In this document: piece after piece, positions 7,516 to 16,425 of the stretch
Numbering within the stretch: position 1 is the stretch's first letter
How the letters are laid out: every line of letters starts with the position of its first letter
Assembly (NCBI GenBank): GCA_016191385.1
Contig: JACPOT010000047.1
Location: forward strand, 1-55,437
Reading direction: 5' to 3'
Source: Chloroflexota bacterium
GTDB lineage: Bacteria > Chloroflexota > Limnocylindria > P2-11E
DNA length: 55,437 nucleotides
The notes under the pieces: generated by a model
What the model saw: the letters and a program-made list of their open reading frames with translations, nothing else
What the model was told of the DNA's origin: nothing
Databases searched by the model: none
Made by a program: the position numbers and the translations under genes

Positions 7516-8365
7516 CTTCGCGGCCCGCTCGGCCGGTCTGGCGGGTATCGGCAGGACGATCGTGCGCGAGCCCGTCGCGCTCATCGGACTGGTGCTGGTG
7601 CTCAGCTACATCGCTGCCGCACTCGTGGTCGGGTGGTTACCGCTACGCGATCCGCTGCAGATCTCCACGCAGCGCCTCGCTCCGCCGACCGCCGAGTTCC
7701 CGCTCGGCACTGATGCGCTGGGTCGCGATCTCCTGAGCCGCATCCTCTTTGGCGCCCGGCTATCGGTCCAGGTCGCGGTCGTCTCGGTCGCCCTCGCGAC
7801 CGTCGTGGGTGGAGTGCTCGGTCTTGTGTCGGGCTACCTCGGTGGCATCGCTGACCTTGGCATCGGCCGCGTGATGGACGTGTTCTTCGCATTTCCGGCG
7901 ATCCTGCTCGCCCTCGGGATCGTTGCCGCACTCGGCCCGGATCCGAAGAACGTCATCATCGCGATCGCGGTCGTGTACACACCGATCTTCGCGCGCATCG
8001 TGCGCGGACCCGTGCTCGCGTTGAAGGCGCGCGACTTCGTGGAGGCCGCACGCGCCATCGGCGCCACGCAGACACGCATCGTGGTGCGCCACATCGTGCC
8101 CAACCTCCTGTCGACCCTCGTGGTGCAGGTCAGCCTCGCGCTCTCGTGGGCCGTCCTCACGGAAGGAGCGCTTTCGTTCCTCGGCCTCTCCGCGCAACCG
8201 CCGGCGCCGTCGTGGGGCGTGATGCTCAGCGAAGGCCGCCAGTACGTGGAGTTCGCGGCGCACCTCGCGATCTTCCCCGGGATCGCGATCATGGTCGCGG
8301 TCCTGGGGTTCAACCTCCTCGGAGACGGGATGCGCGACGCGCTGGATCCGCAGCAGCAGAGATGA
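7481..8365 (+). CDS. Peptide ABC transporter permease (DppC/OppC-like); start uncertain
   Basis: LGTDALGRDLLSR, DFVEAARAIGA, LSFLGL, PSWG. Confidence 0.93.
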   Translation: MATWIPESASRSFAARSAGLAGIGRTIVREPVALIGLVLVLSYIAAALVVGWLPLRDPLQISTQRLAPPTAEFPLGTDALGRDLLSRILFGARLSVQVAVVSVALATVVGGVLGLVSGYLGGIADLGIGRVMDVFFAFPAILLALGIVAALGPDPKNVIIAIAVVYTPIFARIVRGPVLALKARDFVEAARAIGATQTRIVVRHIVPNLLSTLVVQVSLALSWAVLTEGALSFLGLSAQPPAPSWGVMLSEGRQYVEFAAHLAIFPGIAIMVAVLGFNLLGDGMRDALDPQQQR

Positions 8366-8922
8366 GGATCGTCGTCGCGAGGCGGACGCATGTCGCGGCG
8401 CTGGCCGCGCTCATGGTGGCCTCTCCGCTCCTCCGACGCTACGGCGTCACGCCCCGTCGGGCGCGAGCGAGCTTGAACGAGGCGCTGCGGAGCAGGGACA
8501 CGATCGTCGCGGCGCTCGATGGCGCGGACGTCCAGGGTCTCGCGTGGCTGATCGTGACACGCGCGCTCGACCGTTCTGCCTACCTGCGCCTGCTGCTCGT
8601 CGCGGACGGTGAGCGGTCGCGCGGCCTGGGTGCCTCACTGCTTGCGGACGCCGAGCGCCGCGTACGCCTCACGGGGTCTCGGCACATCGTCGCCCTTGTC
8701 ACGACGACGAACCGCCGGGCGCGCTCCTTCTACTCCCGCCATGGCTACCGTCGCGTAGGCGTCTTGCGCAGCTTCGCTCGCCCGGCCATCGACGAGGCGC
8801 TGTACGTGAAGAGCCTTGGCGCTTCAGCCGAGAGGTCGAAGGCTCGCATCCGAGAAGCTGGCGGCGCGCGATCGCTGAGCCGACTCGACGTTCGTTCGAC
8901 CTCCCGTGCTCGGACCAGATGA
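8362..8922 (+). CDS. GNAT-family N-acetyltransferase
   Basis: RSRGLGASLL (motif A) and NRRARSFYSRHGY (motif B); ATGA overlap; C-terminal tail may be read-through. Confidence 0.85.
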   Translation: MRIVVARRTHVAALAALMVASPLLRRYGVTPRRARASLNEALRSRDTIVAALDGADVQGLAWLIVTRALDRSAYLRLLLVADGERSRGLGASLLADAERRVRLTGSRHIVALVTTTNRRARSFYSRHGYRRVGVLRSFARPAIDEALYVKSLGASAERSKARIREAGGARSLSRLDVRSTSRARTR

Positions 8923-9704
8923 GCTTCCCGGGGGGTTGGTTCGACGACCCGTCCCACCGCGGCGGACCCCAGCCCTGGACCTCGACGCTGCCGACCCTCC
9001 AGCTGCTCCACGATCTGGGGATCGACCCGTCCGCTGAGCGGGTGCGCCGGGCGGTGGCGCAGGTCAGAGAGCACTGCCGCTGGGAGCACGCCGGGCAGCC
9101 GTTCTTCAGCGGCGAGGTCGAGCCGTGCATCAACGGCCGGACCGTCGCATTGGGCACCTACTTCGGGCAGGACGTCGACGAGGTGGTCACCCGCCTTCTG
9201 GCTGAGCAGCTCGCGGACGGCGGGTGGAACTGCGAGGCGGAGAGGGGCTCGGTCCGCTCGTCGTTCGCGACCACGATCAACGTGCTGGAAGGACTGCTCG
9301 AGCACGAGCGCGCGACCGGTGGCACCGCACGATCCGTCGCGGCCCGGCGCCGCGGCGAGGAGTACCTCCTGGAGCGGAAGCTGTTCCGGCGCAAGAGCAC
9401 CGGCGAGGTCGTCGATCCCGCCTGGCTCGAGTTCTCGTTCCCGGTCCGCTGGCACTACGACGTGCTGTGTGCCCTCGACTACTTCCGCGCGGCGGGTGGT
9501 CGGCGGGACCCGCGGATGGCTGAGGCGATCCAGATCGTCCGATCCAAGAGACAGCCCGACGGCACCTGGCTGCTGGGGAACACGCATCCGGGGAGGATCC
9601 ACTTCGCGCTCGAGGACGGCGACGGCCGACCCAGCCGGTGGAACACGCTGCGGGCGCTGCGCGTCCTCGGCTGGTATGAGGAGACCGCGAGGATGGACGG
9701 GTAG
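8919..9704 (+). CDS. Squalene-cyclase/prenyltransferase-repeat-like hypothetical protein, probably N-terminally truncated
   Basis: GEVEPCING, QLADGGWNCE, RWHYDVL, PSRWNTLRALRVL; lacks the N-terminal ~60 aa I recall in this family. Confidence 0.7.
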   Translation: MSFPGGWFDDPSHRGGPQPWTSTLPTLQLLHDLGIDPSAERVRRAVAQVREHCRWEHAGQPFFSGEVEPCINGRTVALGTYFGQDVDEVVTRLLAEQLADGGWNCEAERGSVRSSFATTINVLEGLLEHERATGGTARSVAARRRGEEYLLERKLFRRKSTGEVVDPAWLEFSFPVRWHYDVLCALDYFRAAGGRRDPRMAEAIQIVRSKRQPDGTWLLGNTHPGRIHFALEDGDGRPSRWNTLRALRVLGWYEETARMDG

Positions 9705-9750
9705 GGGCATACTCCGCCCCTAGCGAACCCGGTCGCGCGGGGAGGGGATC

Positions 9751-9984
9751 GTGCCGGTCTATCTCACGAGGTTCAGCTACACGCCGGAGACCTGGGCCAG
9801 GCTCATCAACAAGCCGGAAGATCGCCGGAAGGCGGCGCAGTCGTACATCGAGTCCCTCTCCCTCGCGATAACCAGCGGCGGAGCGGTCAGCTCGCTCGAA
9901 ACGACCGTCCTGCTGACCGTCGAGGAAACGCTGGAAGCGCTACGCAAGGCAAAGGGGATCCAGTACCGGCCACCCGGCGCCTAG
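9751..9984 (+). pseudogene. GYD-domain protein with in-frame internal deletion
   Basis: MPVYLTRFSYTPETWARLINKPEDRRKAAQSYIES|LSLAITSGGAVSSLETTVLL; the central GGKL...GxxD segment is missing. Confidence 0.7.
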
Positions 9985-11246
9985 CGGGCCGCAGCTGCAG
10001 CGGCGTTCCATGACGCCGCGGTCTTGACCCGAGGGATCGGCGATGCGATGAGGAGCGCGATAGAGGCCGCCATCCCCGCCCATCCGATGGCGATGCCGCC
10101 ACGAACGCCGATCTGCTCGGCGAGGAAGGCCGCGAGGAGGGCGCCGACCGGGTAGCCAACGCCATGTGAGACCACTTCGAGCGTGGCGTTCGCGCGGCCG
10201 AGGATCCGATCGGGTACGAGTCCCTGCACGACCGAGATCTCGCCGACGCCCTCGATCGTCTGAAGGCCATCGCCGATGAGCTGCGGCAGGAAGACCATCA
10301 GGGTGGCGAGCGCGAGGGGTCCCTGCGCCAGGGGGGTCAGCACGCCGATCGCTGATGCGCCGATCGCGGTCCAGATGATCGCCGGACCGATCCCCAGCGC
10401 CGCGACCACACGCGACGCGAACACCGACCCGACGATCGAGCCGACGCCACCTGCGGAGATGACGACGCCGAGCAGGAACGGGTCGAGGTGGAGCTCGCGA
10501 AGAAGGTAGAGCGAGTAGAGGACGCCGTAGAACGACCCGAAGACGTGCGCGATGATCGATCGCGCCGCGAGGGGGAACACGATCGCGTGTCGTCGCACCA
10601 GCTGGAGCCCTTCGACGACCTCCCGGACGATCCGATCCGTCGACTCGCGCGCCGGGCGCGACGCCTCCGGCGTTCTGATCATGAGCAGCGCGACCGCCGA
10701 GACCACGAAGGACGCGCCGTCGACGAGGATCGCGAAGGGCGCGCTCACGATCTGCACGAGCGCGCCGGCGAACCCGGGGCCGCCGACCTCGGCGATCGAC
10801 GAGCTCATGGCCAGCTTGCTGTTCCCCTCGACGACCCGGTCGACGCCGATCAGCGAGGGCACGTAGGCGGGATACGCGGCCGAGAAGAAGGTCGCGAGAC
10901 AGCCATCGAGGAATGTCACGACGTAGAGCTGCTCCATCCGCAGCGCCCCCAGCGCCTGAGCCGCGGGGATCGAGAAGAGGAGCGCCGCGCGGATCAGGTC
11001 GGTCCCGATGAGGATGGGCCGGCGCCGGAGCCGGTCGACCCAGGCGCCGGCGAAGAGCCCGAACAGCAACGTCGCCGCACTCGCGGCCACGACCAGGTAC
11101 GCCATCTCGAGCGGGCCCGCGCCCAGGACCAGGATGGCCACGAGCGGCACCGCGGTCCGTGTGACGACCGACCCGAGACGGGAGATGGTCTGGCCGATCC
11201 ACAGCTTTCGGAAGTCCGGGTGCTTCCAGAGCGACACCGCCTGCAC
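9981..11246 (-). CDS. MFS transporter (H+ antiporter-like)
   Basis: DFRKLWIGQTIS, GAWVDRLRRRPILI; about 12 TM. Confidence 0.92.
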   Translation of the reverse strand: MQAVSLWKHPDFRKLWIGQTISRLGSVVTRTAVPLVAILVLGAGPLEMAYLVVAASAATLLFGLFAGAWVDRLRRRPILIGTDLIRAALLFSIPAAQALGALRMEQLYVVTFLDGCLATFFSAAYPAYVPSLIGVDRVVEGNSKLAMSSSIAEVGGPGFAGALVQIVSAPFAILVDGASFVVSAVALLMIRTPEASRPARESTDRIVREVVEGLQLVRRHAIVFPLAARSIIAHVFGSFYGVLYSLYLLRELHLDPFLLGVVISAGGVGSIVGSVFASRVVAALGIGPAIIWTAIGASAIGVLTPLAQGPLALATLMVFLPQLIGDGLQTIEGVGEISVVQGLVPDRILGRANATLEVVSHGVGYPVGALLAAFLAEQIGVRGGIAIGWAGMAASIALLIASPIPRVKTAASWNAAAAAAR

Positions 11247-11302
11247 GGCCCGCAGCGTACCGGCGGAGGATCAGTGAGGAGAGCTCCGCCTAGCATCGGC
11301 GG

Positions 11303-11905
11303 GTGCGATCACCGCGCGCGCTCTTGGCGGCCGGGCTTCTCGTGGCGATCGCCGCTCTTGCGGTGGTCGCCATCTGGCGGCCGCTCGACAACGGCGGTCT
11401 CCGCTCGACCCCGAGCGTCGTCGTAGCCGTCCGCGACCTCTCGCGTCTCGAAAGCGTCGAGTACCACGTCGAGCGCGTCATCGACCTCCGCGACAAGCAG
11501 TCCCTGCTTTTCGGCCTCATCAAGACGCAGGACGCGATCCTGTTCGTCGCGGTCGGCGAGGTCACCGCGGGTGTCGACCTGAGCGAGCTGAAGGAGGGCG
11601 ACGTCGTCGCGGACCGCGCCGGCGGCACCGTCAGCATCACGCTCCCGGCGGCGCGGGTGCTCTCGACACGCCTCGACAACGAGCGGAGCTTCGTCTTCTC
11701 GCGGTCGACGGACCTGCTCGCGCGGCGTCAGGAGGACCTCGAGAGCCGCGCACGCCAGGAAGCGGAGCGGACCCTCGAGCAGAGCGCTGTCGATACGGGC
11801 ATCCTCGACCGGGCGCGCGCGAACGCGGAGCGCACGGTCGCGGCCTTGGTCCGCTCGCTCGGCTACACGACCGTCACGGTCACGTCCCGCGCCGCGCTGC
11901 CCTAG
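11303..11905 (+). CDS. DUF4230-domain protein
   Basis: N-terminal TM; VRDLSRLESVEY, GEVTAGVDLS, GILDRARANAE. Confidence 0.85.
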   Translation: MRSPRALLAAGLLVAIAALAVVAIWRPLDNGGLRSTPSVVVAVRDLSRLESVEYHVERVIDLRDKQSLLFGLIKTQDAILFVAVGEVTAGVDLSELKEGDVVADRAGGTVSITLPAARVLSTRLDNERSFVFSRSTDLLARRQEDLESRARQEAERTLEQSAVDTGILDRARANAERTVAALVRSLGYTTVTVTSRAALP

Positions 11906-13395
11906 GCGAGCTCGGCGGTCTCCCGCCACACGGGCACCGCTGTCGGGAACCCGAGCGCCCGGACTTTCGGCTCGAACGCCGCTTGCGCCGCGGGGTCGCC
12001 GTGCACGATGAAGGTGGTGCGCGGCTTTCGCCTGAAGGCGGAGAGCCACGCGAGCAGCTCCGGCTCGTCGGCGTGCGCCGAGAACCCGTCGATGGACCGG
12101 ACCTGACAGCGGACGGCGAGATCCTGACCGTCGATCCGCACGCTCTTCGCGCCCTGCTGCAGGTGAGCGCCGAGAGTGCCGTCGCCCTGGTAGCCGACGA
12201 ACAGCAGGGTCATCGCCGGATCTCCGACGAGGGCCTTCACGTGCTGGACGATCCGGCCGCCGGTGATCATCCCGTTGGACGCGACGACCATGAAGGGCCG
12301 TGGCCCCTGCTCGATGGCCTGAGAGTCCCGCGCGCTGTTCACCACGACCGCGCCGGGGTAGTCGACGGGGGAGTCGTTGCGCGCGACCAGCGCGCGCGCC
12401 TCCTCATCGAAGTAGCCCGGGTGCGCCCGGTAGACATCGGTGGCCTTCTGCGCCATCGGCGAATCGAGATAGAGAGGGATGCGCGGGATGGTCCCGGCCT
12501 CGAACAGCCGGTCCAGCTGGTAGACGACCTCCTGCGTCCGGCCGATGGCGAACGACGGCATCAGGAGCACGCCCTTGGCATCGGCCGTCAGCTTCACCGC
12601 CTCGCCGAGCAGGCGGATCGCTTCCTCCGCGGACTCGTGCGTACGGCCGCCGTACGTCGACTCGATGACGAGGTAGTCAGCGCTCGCGACCCGGACGGGG
12701 TCACGGATGATCGGCGTCCCCGGTCGTCCGAGGTCTCCGCTGAATACGACCACCCGATCCCCGCCGGGCTGCGCGACGCGGACACGAACGATCGCGGAGC
12801 CGAGGATGTGGCCCGCATCCAGGAAGGTCGCGGCGATCCCCGGCGCGATCTCGACCTCCGCCCCGTACTCGACGCCCCGGAAGAGCGCGAGCGCCGCGTT
12901 CGCGTCCGCGGTCGTGTACAGCGGCTCGCGCAGTCCGGTCATCGCGCCGGGGGATGCGTGCCGCGTCGCGGCCGCGGGGTCTTCCTTCGCGGCCGCCGCG
13001 AACGCGGCCATGGTCTCTTCGTCCTCGGCCGCCGCGCGTTCGGCGTGGCGCGCGGCGAAGCGCTGATGGCTCTCGGCGGCCTCCTCCTGCAGCTTGGCGG
13101 AGTCGAGCAGCACGATCCGAGTGAGGTCGACGGTGCCCTTCGTCGCGTAGATGGGCTTGCGGAAACCGGATCCCGCGAGGTGCGGGATCAAGCCGCAGTG
13201 ATCGAGGTGCGCGTGCGTGAGGAGCAGCGCGTCGATCTCCGCCGGCGCATAGGAGAAGGGCACCCGATTGCGGATCACGTCGTGCGGACTCCCCTGGAAC
13301 ATCCCGCAGTCGACGAGCACTCGCGCTCTATCGGTCTCGAGGAGGAACTGGGAGCCCGTCACGGTGCGCGTCGCGCCGAGGAAGTGCAGACGCAC
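11902..13395 (-). CDS. MBL-fold beta-CASP ribonuclease
   Basis: GATRTVTGS, THAHLDHCG, AGHILGS, FSGDLG, ESTYG, FSAHAD, VHGD. Confidence 0.95.
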   Translation of the reverse strand: MRLHFLGATRTVTGSQFLLETDRARVLVDCGMFQGSPHDVIRNRVPFSYAPAEIDALLLTHAHLDHCGLIPHLAGSGFRKPIYATKGTVDLTRIVLLDSAKLQEEAAESHQRFAARHAERAAAEDEETMAAFAAAAKEDPAAATRHASPGAMTGLREPLYTTADANAALALFRGVEYGAEVEIAPGIAATFLDAGHILGSAIVRVRVAQPGGDRVVVFSGDLGRPGTPIIRDPVRVASADYLVIESTYGGRTHESAEEAIRLLGEAVKLTADAKGVLLMPSFAIGRTQEVVYQLDRLFEAGTIPRIPLYLDSPMAQKATDVYRAHPGYFDEEARALVARNDSPVDYPGAVVVNSARDSQAIEQGPRPFMVVASNGMITGGRIVQHVKALVGDPAMTLLFVGYQGDGTLGAHLQQGAKSVRIDGQDLAVRCQVRSIDGFSAHADEPELLAWLSAFRRKPRTTFIVHGDPAAQAAFEPKVRALGFPTAVPVWRETAELA

Positions 13396-13412
13396 ACGGC
13401 CATGATGCCGGG

Positions 13413-14522
13413 CTAGGCGTGGAGTGCGAGACGCTCCTGCCGGAAGGGCACGCGGGCCTTCCGCTTGAGCTCGCGGAACTCGTCGCCCTGCGTCTCGGTG
13501 ACGAAGGTCAGGGCCTTCCCTGTCTCACCCGCGCGTCCGGTGCGCCCGACGCGATGGACGTACGTCTCCGGATCCTCGGGCAGATCGAAGTTGATGACGT
13601 GGTCGATGCCCTCGACGTGGATGCCGCGCGACGCCAGGTTCGTCGCGATGAGGGGCGACACCGTGCCCCTCTTGAATCCTTCGAGCACCCGCTCGCGCTT
13701 CTGCTGCGGGATGTCGCCGTGCAGAGCGCCGGCGTCGTGGCCCAGCTTGACGAGATCGCGAGCGAGCTTGTCGACCCCGCGTTTGGTGCGGCGGAACACG
13801 AGCACGCGGCTGGCGTCCTCACGCGCGAGGACCGCTCGCAGTGCGCGGAGCTTGTCGACGTGACGGACCTCCATGAACGTCTGATCGATCGTGTCGATGG
13901 TCGGCTGCTCGGGCTTCACGGAGGCCTTGACGGGATCCCGGGTCAATGCCTTGACCGCGGCCTCGACCTCGCGTGTGAACGTCGCGGAGAAGAGCGCGGT
14001 CTGATGCTTCGCCGGGATCTTCGCGACGATCCGCTTGATGTCGTTGATGAAACCCATGTCGAGGAGACGGTCGGCCTCGTCGAGGATGAGGGTGTCGATG
14101 CCGCCGAGATCGAGCGTGCGCCGCTCGACGAGGTCGAGAAGCCGGCCCGGTGTACCGACGACGATGTGGACGCCGATGCGAAGGTCGCGCTCCTGCGCGC
14201 CGTAGCCGATGCCGCCGTAGACGGCCGCGACACGGACGCGCCGGAACTTACCGAGTGCCGCGAAGTCGCCTGCGACCTGCAGGCAGAGCTCGCGGGTGGG
14301 GACGATCGCGAGGACGAACGGCCGACGTGCGGGGCCCGCGACCCGTTCGAGGAGCGGGATGGCGAACGCCGCCGTCTTGCCAGTGCCTGTCTGCGCCTGG
14401 GCCACGACGTCGTGGCCCTTGCGCAGCAGGGGGATGACCTGCGATTGGATGGCTGTGGGCTCGACCCAACCGAGCGTCTTGACCGCCCGGTCGATGTCGG
14501 GATGGGATCCGAGCAGGGTCAG
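13413..14522 (-). CDS. DEAD-box RNA helicase (start CTG 14522 or GTG 14573)
   Basis: Q motif PTAIQ, AQTGTGKT, PTRELC, DEAD, SAT, HRVGRTGRAG. Confidence 0.93.
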   Translation of the reverse strand: MTLLGSHPDIDRAVKTLGWVEPTAIQSQVIPLLRKGHDVVAQAQTGTGKTAAFAIPLLERVAGPARRPFVLAIVPTRELCLQVAGDFAALGKFRRVRVAAVYGGIGYGAQERDLRIGVHIVVGTPGRLLDLVERRTLDLGGIDTLILDEADRLLDMGFINDIKRIVAKIPAKHQTALFSATFTREVEAAVKALTRDPVKASVKPEQPTIDTIDQTFMEVRHVDKLRALRAVLAREDASRVLVFRRTKRGVDKLARDLVKLGHDAGALHGDIPQQKRERVLEGFKRGTVSPLIATNLASRGIHVEGIDHVINFDLPEDPETYVHRVGRTGRAGETGKALTFVTETQGDEFRELKRKARVPFRQERLALHA

Positions 14523-14650
14523 GCGGCGCGCGCGACCGATCCGCCGCTCCTCTTGTCCTTGTCCTTCGCCCACTTGTTCTTCGACGCCGACGCCTTGGAG
14601 CGGCGCTTGGCCGCTTTCAGGCGCAGGCGCGAGCCTTTTCGCCGGGACAA
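14519..14650 (-). CDS. 43-aa Lys/Arg-rich small protein (below ORF-track cut-off)
   Basis: TTG start right after the zinc-ribbon stop; MSRRKGSRLRLKAAKRRSKASASKNKWAKDKDKRSGGSVARAA*; stop overlaps the helicase CTG. Confidence 0.55.
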   Translation of the reverse strand: MSRRKGSRLRLKAAKRRSKASASKNKWAKDKDKRSGGSVARAA

Positions 14651-14980
14651 CTAGTACCGTGCCGGCCGCTTCGTCTCGAAGCAGCTGCTGCAGTAGACCG
14701 GCTTGTCGCCGCGGGGCTGGAACGGCACGCGTGCCTCCTGGCCGCACTGCGAGCACGTCGCGGAGAACATCTCGCGCTGGCCGCCGCCGTATCCGCCGCC
14801 GCTCCCTGCGTAGCCGCCCCCACCCGATCCACCGCTTGCGCGGCGCGCGCCGCGGCAGCTCTGGCAACGACCCGGCTGGTTCATGAGGCCGCGCTGCTGG
14901 TAGAACTCCTGCTCGCCCGCCGTGAAGACGAACGGTTGTGTGCAGTCCTTGCACGTGAGTGTGATGTCGCTGAAGCTCAT
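14651..14980 (-). CDS. Zinc-ribbon (zf-trcl) + CxxC-x17-CxxC domain protein
   Basis: LTCKDC..FVFTAGEQEFY..GRCQSCR, Gly-rich linker, REMFSATCSQCG..VPFQP..KPVYCSSCF; SD AGGGAG. Confidence 0.92.
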   Translation of the reverse strand: MSFSDITLTCKDCTQPFVFTAGEQEFYQQRGLMNQPGRCQSCRGARRASGGSGGGGYAGSGGGYGGGQREMFSATCSQCGQEARVPFQPRGDKPVYCSSCFETKRPARY

Positions 14981-15070
14981 GTGGCTTCTCCCTTTGTCGC
15001 TAGCTGGCCGATGCCCGAGCTCACCTACGTAGGATCGTTCCGCAGGGAGAAGCTCCGCTCGGACGGCCCG
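14981..15070 (-). promoter_or_regulatory. Structured 5' leader with anti-SD (candidate translational switch)
   Basis: GCTTCTCCCT (14984-14993) and AGGGAGAAGC (15044-15053) form a perfect 10-bp inverted repeat covering the SD; a competing helix is also present. Confidence 0.55.
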
Positions 15071-15103
15071 TGTGGGTGCGATCTTCGTGACCGCTGTTAC
15101 GCA

Positions 15104-15151
15104 AGCGTAGCACATTGCACTCATGAGCGCGACTCATGAGCGGTGTAGAAT
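15104..15151. promoter_or_regulatory. Divergent promoters flanking a tandem palindromic operator (ACTCATGAGCG x2)
   Basis: ACTCATGAGCG at 15119-15129 and 15132-15142; minus-strand TGcTACGCT extended -10; plus-strand TAGAAT at 15146-15151. Confidence 0.5.
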
Positions 15152-15225
15152 GACCTCTGAAGCTCGCGGATCCTGGGAGACCGCGACCCCTCACTTCCCC
15201 CACATCCGACCGAGCGCTCCCTGGA

Positions 15226-16425
15226 ATGGAGCCCGCCATGCGCATTGCTTTCGTCGCCTCCGCCGTTCCGCGCCGCTGCGGCATCGCCACATTCACGTCG
15301 GATCTCGCCGCGGGCGTGAAGGCGGCGGACCCGTCGGTCCGTGTGCAGTTCGCCGCGATCGACGAGCCGTTCGCGGCCCGGACCTATGGAGCCGACGTGC
15401 CGTGGCGGATCGCGCAAGAGCGAGCGCCCTCGTTCGCCGCGGTGGCGGAAGCCATCTCCCGTTCGAGCGTGGACGTCGTGAACGTCCAGCATGAGTTCGG
15501 GCTCTACGGCCTGTGGCATGACGGGACCTACGACGACCACCTTCGCGTGTTCCTCGATGCGCTGAGGAAGCCGGCGGTCACCACGTTCCACACCGTCCCC
15601 GCGCTACCTGAGCCGTGGATGCGCACGGCGATCCGCGACGCGGCCGACCGCAGCGCCGCGATCGTCGTCATGTCGGCCACCGGCGCGCGTCTTCTGCGTG
15701 AGGTCTACGGAGTGTCGAAAGCGCCCGTCGTCATCGCGCACGGCATGCCAGCGATCGAGCCGCGCGGCCGCCGACGGCTGAAGCGCGCGCTGGGCGTGGA
15801 GGAGGACCGCAGTGTCATCAGCACGTTCGGTCTGGTCGATCCGCGCAAGGGGATCGAGTACATGGTCCAGGCCCTGCCCGCGATCGTCGCCGCCCATCCG
15901 CGTGCCATCTACCTGGTCATCGGGCAGACGCATCCCGAGCTGCAGAAGCGCGAGGGCGAGTCCTACCGCAACTCGCTGATCGAGGCGGCGCGGCGCGAGG
16001 GTGTCACCGAGCATCTGCGCTTCGTCAACGAGTACCTGACCCAGCGGCAGATCGTCGACTTCCTCCTCGCGACAGACGTCTACGTGACGCCCTACCTCGA
16101 CCCGGAGCAGATCACGAGCGGGACGCTCGCGTACGCCCTCGGCGCGGGGAAGGCCATCGTGTCCACGCCCTACTTGCATGCGAGCGAGGTCCTCGACGAC
16201 GGCCGCGGCGTGCTCGTCCCGTTCCGCGACGCGGCCGCCATCGCGACGGCCGTCAACGGCATCCTCGGGGATCCCGCGCGCAAGAGCGAGCTCGAGAGGC
16301 GCGCGTACGCCTATGGCCGGCAGACCACGTGGCCCGCGATCGGCGAGCAGGTGCTGTCGCTCATGCGCCACGTCGTGGCCGCACGCGGCGCGGCTGCCCA
16401 CCCCGCTTCCGCACGGATCGCATGA
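15226..16425 (+). CDS. Glycosyltransferase family 4
   Basis: PRRCGIATFT, QHEFGLYG, TFGL..RKGIE, QITSGTLAYA. Confidence 0.93.
   Translation: MEPAMRIAFVASAVPRRCGIATFTSDLAAGVKAADPSVRVQFAAIDEPFAARTYGADVPWRIAQERAPSFAAVAEAISRSSVDVVNVQHEFGLYGLWHDGTYDDHLRVFLDALRKPAVTTFHTVPALPEPWMRTAIRDAADRSAAIVVMSATGARLLREVYGVSKAPVVIAHGMPAIEPRGRRRLKRALGVEEDRSVISTFGLVDPRKGIEYMVQALPAIVAAHPRAIYLVIGQTHPELQKREGESYRNSLIEAARREGVTEHLRFVNEYLTQRQIVDFLLATDVYVTPYLDPEQITSGTLAYALGAGKAIVSTPYLHASEVLDDGRGVLVPFRDAAAIATAVNGILGDPARKSELERRAYAYGRQTTWPAIGEQVLSLMRHVVAARGAAAHPASARIA

Noticed and set aside
14523-14954. N-terminal extension of the DEAD helicase in the ORF track
   Set aside because: Overlaps the zinc-ribbon gene out of frame; helicase similarity starts at ~14522
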